Positions 8,832 through 17,838 of a stretch of 32,000 nt of DNA are shown here, piece by piece. The notes under the pieces were generated by a model that saw only the letters and a program-made list of their open reading frames with translations, searched no databases and was not told the DNA's origin. Where the stretch lies: positions 570,001 to 602,000 of the forward strand of contig NZ_CP011034.1 of the NCBI RefSeq assembly GCF_001465295.1. Reading direction: 5' to 3'. Position 1 is the first letter of the stretch. Each line of letters begins with the position of its first letter. The DNA comes from Pseudoalteromonas translucida KMM 520. Lineage in GTDB: Bacteria > Pseudomonadota > Gammaproteobacteria > Enterobacterales > Alteromonadaceae. A program made the translations under genes and the position numbers.

Positions 8832-8852
8832 CTGGCATTAGACATTTGAGTC

Positions 8853-8882
8853 GGTTTTTTTATGCCTGAAATAAAGTGAAAT
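8853..8882 (+). repeat. Remainder of the 4th 123-bp unit after the IS
   Basis: GGTTTTTTTATGCCTGAAATAAAGTGAAAT matches units 1-3, then diverges. Confidence 0.75.
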
Positions 8883-9049
8883 GTAGGTTGCTACCCAGTA
8901 GATACCGAGTTTATTTATTCGTCGTAGACGCAGAGCCTAATCACTATATCAATTCAAAGCCTGCTCAAGCCCACTTAACCCCTTTCTAAAGCTGCTCTTT
9001 ATCACTACCTATGTTACTTTAAACGCCTTGTTTAAAAGGATATTGCAGT

Positions 9050-10225
9050 ATGTTTAAAACCCTATTTATTACGTTATTTTTTATTTTAAGCGCTACTTTA
9101 ATACTTAGCGTACAAGCTGATGAAGCTAAAGGTTCAATTGTTGTGGGTGCGCAGCAATATGCTAAATATTTACCGCAGTTAAAAAATAAACGCGTAGGGC
9201 TGGTGGTTAATCAAACATCAACAGTAGGGAAAACCCATTTAGTAGATAGCCTACTGGCAAAAAACGTAAACATAACTAAAATATTTGCACCTGAGCATGG
9301 CTTTCGTGGCGATCACGATGCAGGGGCACACGTAAAAAATGCCGTTGATAGTAAAACGGGTATTCCGCTTATTTCCATTTACGGCAACAATAAAAAACCA
9401 AGCGCCGAAGTTTTAGCTGATGTTGATGTAATAATTTTTGATATTCAAGATGTGGGAGTGCGCTTTTATACTTATATAAGCTCTATGCATTACATGATGG
9501 AAGCAGCTGCCGAGCAAGGGGTAGAGTTTATTGTACTAGACAGGCCAAACCCAAATATAGCCTATGTTGATGGGCCCATATTAGAGCCACAATTTAAGTC
9601 ATTTGTAGGTATGCACCCCATTCCTATCGTTCATGGTATGACTGTGGGCGAGCTTGCAAACATGATCAAAGGTGAAGGCTGGATCAATCAAGCTACTGTT
9701 TTAGAGCTTAACGTGATCCCCGTTACTGGTTATACGCGCGCAACTAGCTATAGTTTACCGATAAAGCCAAGCCCTAATTTACCAAATGATACTGCTATTT
9801 CGCTTTATCCGTCATTGTGCTTTTTTGAAGCCACGCCAATTAGTATTGGCAGAGGCACCGACTTTGCGTTTCAGGTTATAGGGTATTCACCGGTTGCTTT
9901 AGGGGAGTTTAGTTTTACCCCGCGTGCTATTAAAGGCGCGGCCCTAAACCCTAAATTTAAAAACCAAGCAGTGCAGGGGCTAGACTTACGCCAAGCCACC
10001 ACGAAAGGGTTAGATTTAAGCTACTTAATAAGTGCTTATAAGCAGCTTAATAACAATGATATTACGTTTTTTGAGCGCGCTGACTTTATGGATAAGTTAG
10101 CAGGTACCGATAAGCTGCGCTTAGCTATTGAGGCGGGACAATCGGTACAACAAATAAAGCAAACTTGGCAGGCGGGGTTGATGCAATTTAAACAGCAAAG
10201 AGCACCTTATTTGTTATATGAGTAA
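9050..10225 (+). CDS. DUF1343 family protein, NamZ-like exo-beta-N-acetylmuramidase candidate (secreted)
   Basis: Signal peptide MFKTLFITLFFILSATLILSVQA. Motifs I associate with DUF1343/YbbC: RVGLVVNQTS, IFAPEHGFRGD, DIQDVGVRFYTYISSM. Confidence 0.75.
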   Translation: MFKTLFITLFFILSATLILSVQADEAKGSIVVGAQQYAKYLPQLKNKRVGLVVNQTSTVGKTHLVDSLLAKNVNITKIFAPEHGFRGDHDAGAHVKNAVDSKTGIPLISIYGNNKKPSAEVLADVDVIIFDIQDVGVRFYTYISSMHYMMEAAAEQGVEFIVLDRPNPNIAYVDGPILEPQFKSFVGMHPIPIVHGMTVGELANMIKGEGWINQATVLELNVIPVTGYTRATSYSLPIKPSPNLPNDTAISLYPSLCFFEATPISIGRGTDFAFQVIGYSPVALGEFSFTPRAIKGAALNPKFKNQAVQGLDLRQATTKGLDLSYLISAYKQLNNNDITFFERADFMDKLAGTDKLRLAIEAGQSVQQIKQTWQAGLMQFKQQRAPYLLYE

Positions 10226-11897
10226 AAGGCAGCTTATGTACTTATATTTAAAAAATAAAAATTATTACAGTATAAATAAGCTATTAATAGTGGCTTTAAG
10301 TTTTATGCTGGGTGCATGCAGTTCTTCTGTAGAGCCGCTCGAACCCAAGGCGCTATTAACGCAAAGTAAACTTGTTGAGTTGCCTAATGCGCAAGTGATT
10401 GTTACCTTTCCTGAGCCAAACCCCAGTAGCCGTGAGTATGTAAATAATCGTGGCACGTTTAAAGCTTATAAAGGCCATGGTCAGCTGTTAATACAAAACC
10501 ATAGTGCTAAAAGTGCCGATATTTATATAAACAATCAACTGCTTAACATTAAACAGTTGCTCGGCGCTAATACTGTGTACCAATATAGTTTGGCTAAGCT
10601 AACGCATAACGGGGTTAACACCTTTAAAGTTGCAAACATTCAACCTGCTGGGGCAAGCTTAACGCTGCGCTTTGCGTTTCCTACTTTAAATAAAGCATCG
10701 CATCAACAGGCTAATTTTAGTGAGGTAGATGCATTAATAGAACGTGACATTAAAGCGGGTTTTCCTGGTGCTGTTTTAGCGGTAGTAAAAAATGGTGAGT
10801 TAATTAAATTAACTGCTTATGGCGATGCAAAACAGTATCAACAAAATGATTTAATGCTATTACGCCCAGAGCCAATGCAAACCGATACCTTATTTGACTT
10901 AGCCTCTAATACCAAAATATTTGCTACCAACTTTGCATTAATGAAGTTAGTAAGCGAAGGCCTATTAAATATTAATAAGCCAGTGCAATTATATTTACCA
11001 GAATATCAAGGTGATGGACGAGAGCAGCGACGCGTAAAAGATTTACTCACGCATAGCGCAGGTTATCCACCGGTGTTTGATTTTCATCGTAAAGACAGTA
11101 GCAATGGCGATGTGTTTTACTCACAAAATAGCCATACTACAAAAAAGCTCTTACTTACCAGTGTGCCACTTAGCACAAAATCACTCGGGCAGCATGTTTA
11201 TTCAGACATTGATTACATGATTTTAGGAGTATTGGTTGAGCGTATTACTGGCCTTTCACTTGACGATTACCTAGAACAACAAGTATATGCGCCATTAAGA
11301 TTGCATAACACGGTATTCAATCCCCTTAAAAAAGGCTTTAATGCTCAGCAATTTGCCGCCACTGAGCTTGGTGGTAACACGCGGGACGGACGAGTCAAAT
11401 TTGATAATATTCGCACCCATGTTTTACAAGGTCAAGTGCATGACGAGCGTGCGTACTATTCTCTTGGTGGCGTAGCAGGGCACGCGGGGTTATTTAGTAA
11501 TGCCCCAGATTTAGCCATTCTTTGTCAGCTACTATTAAATAATGGTGGTTACGGCGATAAGCAGCTTTTTAGTGCAAGTGCTTTGGCGCAGTTTTTAACT
11601 CCACAAAGTAGCGATGAAACCTACGGACTGGGCTTTAGGCTTGCTGGTAATAACCAAGCAAGGCGTTGGCACTTTGGCCCTTACGCAAGCGCACAGGCCT
11701 ATGGGCATACAGGTTGGACTGGGACAGTAACGGTAATTGATCCCGTTTACGACTTAGCCATTGTTTTATTAACTAATGCGCGGCATACGCCAATTACAGG
11801 CTCGCAAAAAAGTTATCAATTTAGTGGTAAAAATTATGAAACTGCACAATATGGATCGGTTGTTTCATTAATATACGAAGCGTTATTAAATCAATAA
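10218..11897 (+). CDS. Beta-lactamase-fold serine hydrolase lipoprotein (AmiE/YbbE-like or PBP4*/EstB-like)
   Basis: Lipobox LSFMLGAC. Motifs S-x-x-K (SNTK), Y-S-D and H-T-G (GHTGWTG). Extra N-terminal domain of about 150 aa. The start overlaps the upstream stop by 8 nt (ATGAGTAA). Confidence 0.75.
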   Translation: MSKRQLMYLYLKNKNYYSINKLLIVALSFMLGACSSSVEPLEPKALLTQSKLVELPNAQVIVTFPEPNPSSREYVNNRGTFKAYKGHGQLLIQNHSAKSADIYINNQLLNIKQLLGANTVYQYSLAKLTHNGVNTFKVANIQPAGASLTLRFAFPTLNKASHQQANFSEVDALIERDIKAGFPGAVLAVVKNGELIKLTAYGDAKQYQQNDLMLLRPEPMQTDTLFDLASNTKIFATNFALMKLVSEGLLNINKPVQLYLPEYQGDGREQRRVKDLLTHSAGYPPVFDFHRKDSSNGDVFYSQNSHTTKKLLLTSVPLSTKSLGQHVYSDIDYMILGVLVERITGLSLDDYLEQQVYAPLRLHNTVFNPLKKGFNAQQFAATELGGNTRDGRVKFDNIRTHVLQGQVHDERAYYSLGGVAGHAGLFSNAPDLAILCQLLLNNGGYGDKQLFSASALAQFLTPQSSDETYGLGFRLAGNNQARRWHFGPYASAQAYGHTGWTGTVTVIDPVYDLAIVLLTNARHTPITGSQKSYQFSGKNYETAQYGSVVSLIYEALLNQ

Positions 11898-12032
11898 ACT
11901 GGCAGTATAAATAGCGTATATCATTGAGCTTAGTGGTTTACTTAAATGAGTTTTGACTGTAAAACTTAAGCTAGATAACAAAGTGTAAAATATTTACCCC
12001 GTAAATAAACACACTAAAACAAAGGTTAATTT

Positions 12033-13409
12033 ATGTCTTGGTATTCTATTTTACCGCCGTTAATCGCCATTGCTGTCGTATTTTGGCGCAAAGAGGTGAT
12101 TATGGCGCTGTTGCTTGCAGTGGCTTCGTCAGAGTTTTTACTCGCATTACAGGGTGAGGGCAGTAGTGTATTTAATACCTTTTTAAATACTATTGAACGT
12201 ATTGTTAGCGTAGCAAGTTCGCCCGGCAATACCCGCATTTTAATTTTTAGTATTTTGATTGGTGCTTTACTTGCCTACATTCGCGAGTCGGGTGGGGTAG
12301 CCGCTACCGTTAATATGTTAATGAACAAAGGTATAGCGAAAAGTAAGCGCCAAGTTGGCTTTTTAACTATGTTTACTGGCATTGCCGTGTTTATAGAGTC
12401 GAACCTGAGTGTACTTACTGCGGGTATTTTATCGCGTGGATTATTTGATAAATTTAAAATGAGCCGCGCCCGCTTAGCTTATATTATCGATAGCACCAGT
12501 GCGCCGGTATGTATTTTAATATTACTAAATGGCTGGGGCGCATTTGTACTAGGGCTATTAAGTAACTACGAGTTAGGTGAATCGGCTGTATCGGTACTTT
12601 GGGGCAGCGTAGGCTATAACTTTTACGCCATAATTACGCTTGTTATTGTTTTTTACACCATTGCGTTTGATAAAGTACATGGCCCAATGAAACAAGCTGA
12701 GCAAAAGCTAGAGCTACAAACAACTGACTTAAAAGAAGAAGTAAAAGGCTCTAAAGCGCGCTTTATGTTAGTGCCCCTTATTACGCTGATTGTTAGCATG
12801 GTAGGCTTTATGTTTTACACAGGTAACGGTGTATTGGCAGAAGGTAGTGGCTCAAAGTCGGTATTGTATGCAACCGTTTTAGCCATAGTTGTAGCTTACT
12901 TTTTAATGCTAGCGTCACGCCAATTTAGCCACCATAAGCTAGTTGAAACCGGCTTTAAAGGCATGGGCGAACTACTGCCGCTAGTAGGCATTGTATTGTT
13001 ATCGTTAACTTTAGGAGCAAGCTTAAAAGAGTTGGGGACTGGCGTGTTTGTGGCATCTTTAGTAGGCGACTACCTCCCTATTTACTTAGTGGTACCGGCA
13101 CTGTTTTTAACCGGTGCGGTTATGTCGTTTACTACGGGGACATCGTGGGGCACCTTTGCTATTTTAATTCCTATTGGCGTGCCGCTTATTCAAGCATTGG
13201 GTTTGCCGCCGTCGCTGGTATTAGGCGCTATTTTAGGTGGCGGTATATTTGGCGATCACTGCTCGCCCATATCCGACACCAGCGCAGTATCGGCAATTGC
13301 ATCGGGGTGCGACTTACTTACTCACGTTAAAACCCAGCTACCCTACGCCTTGTTTGCTGGTGGCTTGACACTAATAGCCTACTTAGTGACGAGCATAATT
13401 GTTTTATAA
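12033..13409 (+). CDS. NhaC-family Na+/H+ antiporter-like transporter
   Basis: 458 aa and highly hydrophobic, with about 11-12 predicted TM segments. Family assignment is from memory of NhaC-like sequences. Confidence 0.7.
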   Translation: MSWYSILPPLIAIAVVFWRKEVIMALLLAVASSEFLLALQGEGSSVFNTFLNTIERIVSVASSPGNTRILIFSILIGALLAYIRESGGVAATVNMLMNKGIAKSKRQVGFLTMFTGIAVFIESNLSVLTAGILSRGLFDKFKMSRARLAYIIDSTSAPVCILILLNGWGAFVLGLLSNYELGESAVSVLWGSVGYNFYAIITLVIVFYTIAFDKVHGPMKQAEQKLELQTTDLKEEVKGSKARFMLVPLITLIVSMVGFMFYTGNGVLAEGSGSKSVLYATVLAIVVAYFLMLASRQFSHHKLVETGFKGMGELLPLVGIVLLSLTLGASLKELGTGVFVASLVGDYLPIYLVVPALFLTGAVMSFTTGTSWGTFAILIPIGVPLIQALGLPPSLVLGAILGGGIFGDHCSPISDTSAVSAIASGCDLLTHVKTQLPYALFAGGLTLIAYLVTSIIVL

Positions 13410-13440
13410 ACATATTTTATGATTGCTCACTTTGAATGAT

Positions 13441-13468
13441 AAAAAGCCTGCAAATTTGCAGGCTTTTT
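13441..13468. terminator. Bidirectional terminator between convergent genes
   Basis: AAAAAGCCTGCAAA/TTTGCAGGCTTTTT, a perfect palindrome flanked by A- and T-runs. Confidence 0.75.
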
Positions 13469-13477
13469 GGTTTATAC

Positions 13478-13516
13478 GTAGGTCGGATAAGCGGCGCAGC
13501 CGCGCCATCCGACAGG
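13478..13516. repeat. REP-like extragenic palindrome
   Basis: GTAGGTCGGATAAGCGGCGCAGCCGCGCCATCCGACAGG. It has outer arms TCGGAT/ATCCGA and inner arms GCGGC/GCCGC, and resembles enterobacterial REP (GTAGGCCGGATAAG...CATCCGGC). Only a single copy occurs in this window. Confidence 0.5.
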
Positions 13517-13524
13517 TCAGCTAA

Positions 13525-14673
13525 TTACAACGCGCTTAAGCTGTGCTCTAGCATTGCGGTAATTTGCTTTACTATTTTAGCTTCCGTTTCAGGCTCAAAC
13601 TGTTGGATTCTGGGTGTGTGAATATGCCCTGTTGGAATGGTTGAATTAAGTTGATTACGAAGGCGTATACTGCGATACGAAATTTCGTTAGACAGGTACC
13701 CACCGCCTGAGCCATTTACGGCAATGCTATTTTGCAGCTCGGCAAGTGTTGCGGGCTCGTAGGTTTTTTTTAAGGTCGTGATTTTATGATTATCAATAAC
13801 CTTATACGACCCTTTTGCTTGCTGCATGTTTGCCACTGGAAGGCTAAATTGTACAAATTCGTTACCTGGCAGTGGCTGGTTATTTAAACTTGGGAGCAAG
13901 GGAGCTGTTTGTGTTCCGCCAAATATAATATTGGCATTGTCTGGGGTCGTTACGCTGCGGCGCTTACCGGGAAATCTTTCTAAATCAAAGTCTTTGCGCC
14001 CCATGCTTACAGTAACGATCATATCGACATTATTCAGGGCGTAATAGGGGGCGAGGAGTGCTTCGATTATGCCTTGGTCAAAGTCGGCATAACGAACAGG
14101 CACCATAACGGTGTTAATTTCAGCGCTAATGCCTTGGTAGTTAATTACTTGACCATCTAGCAATAGGGCTGCAACCCCAGATGGGTTACTTTGATTTATG
14201 TTTTTATCTAATAAAAAGGGGTCAAAGCCGGTAAGGATAATTTTTTTAGTGCTGCCTTTAGTAAAGCTGAGGTCGTTATGACCGCGACTGCCTTTTTCTA
14301 ACTGAGTTAAAAGGCTATTTTGCTCAGCAACTGAGAGGGTAAATTTTGGCTTAACAGAGCGAATTATTTTACTTGAAAGCAATCGTGCCCAGTAAAGCTC
14401 GCGATCGTCGTAATTTTTAGTGGTGGTAATACGCTGTTTGGCGTTTAACCACAGTTGGTTTGAATAATCAGTTATTAAGTCTGTTGCATGCTTAAAGTTG
14501 TTAAGACTTTTCCATTGCTGTTCAAATTGACTCACCTCATCAGCAAAGGCCGTTAGCACCTGGGGCATGGCGTGGGTGGCGGCTTCAATTCGTAGCTCTT
14601 CGGTTGTTAAATTGTTACTCAAAACCGAGCAAGAAGAAAAAATTAAACTTGAAGCAAATAGTAGTTTAAGCAT
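13525..14673 (-). CDS. Secreted peptidase-C15 (pyroglutamyl peptidase I)-like protein with N-terminal extension; Ser at the nucleophile position
   Basis: Signal peptide MLKLLFASSLIFSSCSVLS. KKIILTGFDPF...NPS resembles the Pcp N-terminus. FDLERFP aligns with the catalytic Glu region, GGGYLSNEISY aligns with AGTFVCNHLFY, and TGHIHTP aligns with GGFIHIP. Confidence 0.65.
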   Translation of the reverse strand: MLKLLFASSLIFSSCSVLSNNLTTEELRIEAATHAMPQVLTAFADEVSQFEQQWKSLNNFKHATDLITDYSNQLWLNAKQRITTTKNYDDRELYWARLLSSKIIRSVKPKFTLSVAEQNSLLTQLEKGSRGHNDLSFTKGSTKKIILTGFDPFLLDKNINQSNPSGVAALLLDGQVINYQGISAEINTVMVPVRYADFDQGIIEALLAPYYALNNVDMIVTVSMGRKDFDLERFPGKRRSVTTPDNANIIFGGTQTAPLLPSLNNQPLPGNEFVQFSLPVANMQQAKGSYKVIDNHKITTLKKTYEPATLAELQNSIAVNGSGGGYLSNEISYRSIRLRNQLNSTIPTGHIHTPRIQQFEPETEAKIVKQITAMLEHSLSAL

Positions 14674-14903
14674 GATAGTCCTATACAGTTACAGCGATTA
14701 TCTGGCTACTATCCTACGCATCTAGGCGCAGTGCAAATTAATTCGTTGGCTAACCATTTACCAACAGCTACTAACGTTACAGAGGGCTAATAGCACTAAT
14801 GCTGTTGTTAAATCAAAAAGAACGCAAATAGATTTTTCGATAAGTGGATTGTTTAGTTACAATGGTGGCAGTTATATTTTGTTCACTTAATTTTTAGGCT
14901 GTT

Positions 14904-15410
14904 ATGCAACTCATTGAAATAAATAAAGCGCGTTATCGTAAGCATTTAAACCGTGTTATTGCCGGTTGTGCTGTGGGTTTGGCTGTGGGTAGTTTAGCTA
15001 TATCGCAAACGCTGATTGCTTTGTTTCCTGATGAGAGCGGCACTCACTTTCATTGGAACGTAACGGGCGTTGTTATTAGCGCATTAGGGCTTGTGTGGTT
15101 ACTTAACAAATACCGCACGCATCCATTTATGATTGAAGTGGTGTATGTGTGGGAGCTTAAACAAGCGCTTAATAAAATAACGCGTAAAATGGCAAAACTA
15201 AAGGCAGCAGGGCGTGAAGGTAATAGTGATGCGCTATTGGCTATTCATTACAGTTACGCGGGCTCTAAGTTGTTATGGCAGCTCGATGACAATACAATCA
15301 CTATGGATGACTTAGCAATTAAGCAAGCTGAGCTGGATAGTGTGGCGGCTAAGTATAATTTAACACTTGATGCCAATGACTATGATGCAAATATTTTAAA
15401 GAACTTTTAA
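14904..15410 (+). CDS. Hypothetical two-TM membrane protein (possibly DUF3087-like)
   Basis: 168-aa ORF with two hydrophobic segments near the N-terminus and a coiled C-terminal part. The family guess is from memory only. Confidence 0.55.
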   Translation: MQLIEINKARYRKHLNRVIAGCAVGLAVGSLAISQTLIALFPDESGTHFHWNVTGVVISALGLVWLLNKYRTHPFMIEVVYVWELKQALNKITRKMAKLKAAGREGNSDALLAIHYSYAGSKLLWQLDDNTITMDDLAIKQAELDSVAAKYNLTLDANDYDANILKNF

Positions 15411-15494
15411 AACAATTTTAAAACGATTTTAAGTATTAAATAGCTTTTTAATTAGCGTATTAGTTGCGCTTTTTTCTTCTGGTAAGGGTTTAAC

Positions 15495-16148
15495 ATGAGT
15501 TTAATTGTTTATGGCGTACCTCTTTCGCCTTATGTACGCAAGGTGTGTCTGTGTTTGGCTGCAAAGCAGTTAGATTATAAGTTAGAAATTGTGTTGCCAT
15601 TTAATCAACCGTCGTGGTTTTTAGAACTCAACCCATTAGGACGTATACCTGCGCTTAAAGATGGTGATTTAGTACTGGCTGATTCGAGTGTTATTTGCCA
15701 ATACCTTGATGATAAGTACACAGGGGATACTGCATTACTTGGCGATACTGCCGAGCAAGCTGCTCAGGTACGCTGGTTAGAAAAATACGCAGATTATGAA
15801 CTTGCGCCGTTAACTACGTTTACAGTGTTTCAGCAGCGAGTGATTAATTTAGGTATGCAAAAAACATGTGATGAAAGTTTAGTAAAGCTGGCTATGAATG
15901 AGCAATTACCACCGCATTTTGACTACCTTGAAGGTGTGCTAGCCCATAATAATTACTTTGTAGGGAACGCGTTAACCCTTGCAGATATAGCGTTTGCGTC
16001 GCAAATGGTAAATATGCAGCATGCGGGCGAGCAGATTAATGCACAGCGCTGGCCAAATTTAGCAGCACTTTTTGAACGTGTAAAAGCATTACCAGCAATG
16101 CAAACTTTATTACAAAATGAGCAGGTTATGCTTGCGTCAATGCAATAG
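15495..16148 (+). CDS. Glutathione S-transferase family protein
   Basis: N-terminal thioredoxin-like GST domain (SPYVRKV, LGRIPALKDGD, DSSVICQYLD) followed by a helical C-domain. 217 aa. Confidence 0.8.
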   Translation: MSLIVYGVPLSPYVRKVCLCLAAKQLDYKLEIVLPFNQPSWFLELNPLGRIPALKDGDLVLADSSVICQYLDDKYTGDTALLGDTAEQAAQVRWLEKYADYELAPLTTFTVFQQRVINLGMQKTCDESLVKLAMNEQLPPHFDYLEGVLAHNNYFVGNALTLADIAFASQMVNMQHAGEQINAQRWPNLAALFERVKALPAMQTLLQNEQVMLASMQ

Positions 16149-16203
16149 TATTTAAGGTTATTTAGTTCAGTAATTAATAGCGTTTAGTTTAGAGGGAGGC
16201 TCT

Positions 16204-16665
16204 ATGAAAAAAATACTGGTTGTGTGTTTAGGTAATATTTGTCGCTCGCCCACAGCTGAAGCGGTGTTAAAAAAACGTGCTGAGCAGTTAGGTATTGCCG
16301 TTAAAGTCGATTCGGCCGGTACTATAGGTCATCACGAAGGCAATTCACCAGATAGCCGCTCTATGCAGGCGGGCGAAAAACGAGGTTATAGCTTCAAAGG
16401 GATTTATTCGCGTAAAGTTCGCAGCAGTGATTTTACTGAATTCGATTTAATTCTAGCCGCCGACAAACAAAACTTAGCCGATTTAACTCAGCGTTGCCCA
16501 GCACATTTACAGTATAAACTTGCCCTGTTTTTAGAGTTTGGTGAGCAGGCTGTAAGTGCTATTCCCGATCCTTATTATGGTGGAGAAGATGGTTTTGAAA
16601 AGGTGCTAGATTTAATTGAAGCAGCAAGTGATAAAATATTAGCTAAATTAACAGCCAATATTTAA
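16204..16665 (+). CDS. Low-molecular-weight protein-tyrosine phosphatase
   Basis: P-loop CLGNICRSP (C-x5-R-S) near the N-terminus, and an Asp loop DPYYG. 153 aa. Confidence 0.88.
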   Translation: MKKILVVCLGNICRSPTAEAVLKKRAEQLGIAVKVDSAGTIGHHEGNSPDSRSMQAGEKRGYSFKGIYSRKVRSSDFTEFDLILAADKQNLADLTQRCPAHLQYKLALFLEFGEQAVSAIPDPYYGGEDGFEKVLDLIEAASDKILAKLTANI

Positions 16666-16694
16666 GTAATAGCCTTGTGCGTTACAGTGAATAA

Positions 16695-16725
16695 ATAAAG
16701 GCGCTAAATTGCGCCTTTATTTATT
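16695..16725. terminator. Bidirectional terminator between convergent genes
   Basis: AAAGGCGC-TAAATT-GCGCCTTT flanked by A/T runs. Confidence 0.7.
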
Positions 16726-16740
16726 AGATAATTTATTAAG

Positions 16741-17838
16741 TTATCGGTTAATTTTGAAGTCGAGCTGTACTTGGGTTTTTGCTGTTACAGGTATGCCATC
16801 TTCAAATTTAGGAGCATAGCGCCATTGCTCTACCGCTTTTTTTGCCGAGTGCTCAAACGTTACGCCGCCATTTGAATCAAGCACACTCACGTTTTTAACA
16901 AAGCCTGCGGTGTCTACTTCAAATTCCATAACTACACTGCCATCTTTACCTTGGCGTGCTTTGCCCATAGGGTAGTCAGGGTTAACACGATAAAGCGGGG
17001 TTTGTTCTTGGCTTTCTTCCCAAGGCACCATTTTAGCAATAGCTAAGCAGTGCTTAGTTGCTTGCTCACTTTCGCCTTGCTTTTCGTATAGTGCAATAAG
17101 CTTAGAGTGAGCGCTTAGCTCGGCGCTGTGATCGTAGCTTAAGTTATTATCAAATACGGTGACTATGCGGTTTAACCTTGTAATTGCTGCGTCGTACTTT
17201 TTACGACCTTCATCAAACGAGGCCATTAAAAAATCTGATTTAATACGCTCTACAGCGTTTTCAGGTAAGTTTGCTTGGTAATACTCGTCAGCTTCTTCGG
17301 CGTAGTGTTTAGCAGAGCGGTACTTTTCAGGAACAAACTTTTTAACTAACAAAGAGGCTGCAGCAAATTGCATGTCGGCTACAAATCTTGGTTTTTTAAG
17401 CTCCTTTGCTATATCAACTATACGTTCCAATTGGCTATCGGCTTGACGTGCTGATTTAGTATTACTTGCCATACCTAGCAAGGCGTCTATTGTCTCGACT
17501 GAGCTTTCACCATGATTGTTAACTAAAATATTGTACGCCTGTTTATACAGTTCGTAGCGTTTAGCTTCGTCTTCCTGGTTAAATCCGCTGATAGCTTTAG
17601 CGTAATTAATGGCTAAATTTGCGGTGTTATCTGCGTTATCACCATATACTTTAGCACCTAAAGAGTAAGCTAGTTTGGCGGCTTGTTGTATGTTTTCGTT
17701 GGTATCTACGGCGCTTAGGTAATTTTGGTACGCTTGAGAAAATGCAGTGTTTGCATTTGTAGCTTCGCTTGCAAAAGCCGATGCAGTAATAACTGAAAAG
17801 TTAAGGCTAAGCAGTAAGGTGAGTTTATGTGGTTTCAT
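16741..17838 (-). CDS. Periplasmic TPR-like repeat protein with TonB C-terminal domain
   Basis: The C-terminal ~90 aa (YPMGKARQGKDGSVVMEFEVDTAGFVKNVSVLDS...AVEQWRYAPKFEDGIPV) look like TonB_C. The N-terminus has a signal peptide MKPHKLTLLLSLNFSVITASAFA. Start moved to ATG 17838 (the track start at 17874 adds 12 aa). Confidence 0.75.
   Translation of the reverse strand: MKPHKLTLLLSLNFSVITASAFASEATNANTAFSQAYQNYLSAVDTNENIQQAAKLAYSLGAKVYGDNADNTANLAINYAKAISGFNQEDEAKRYELYKQAYNILVNNHGESSVETIDALLGMASNTKSARQADSQLERIVDIAKELKKPRFVADMQFAAASLLVKKFVPEKYRSAKHYAEEADEYYQANLPENAVERIKSDFLMASFDEGRKKYDAAITRLNRIVTVFDNNLSYDHSAELSAHSKLIALYEKQGESEQATKHCLAIAKMVPWEESQEQTPLYRVNPDYPMGKARQGKDGSVVMEFEVDTAGFVKNVSVLDSNGGVTFEHSAKKAVEQWRYAPKFEDGIPVTAKTQVQLDFKINR

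Larger units (their letters stand above)
7443..8840 (+). mobile_element. IS4-family insertion sequence, 1398 bp
   Basis: Terminal inverted repeats TAATGCCGATCAGTTAA (left) and TAATGCCAGTCAGTTAA (right, reverse complement) match at 15 of 17 positions. A 12-bp direct repeat GACATTTGAGTC flanks the element (7431-7442 and 8841-8852; the true TSD could be 10-12 bp). It encodes a DDE transposase. Confidence 0.88.

Noticed and set aside
13436-14044. Plus-strand track ORFs 13436..13621 and 13826..14044
   Set aside because: The first overlaps the terminator and REP-like element, and the second is antisense to the C15-like gene. Neither has supporting signals.
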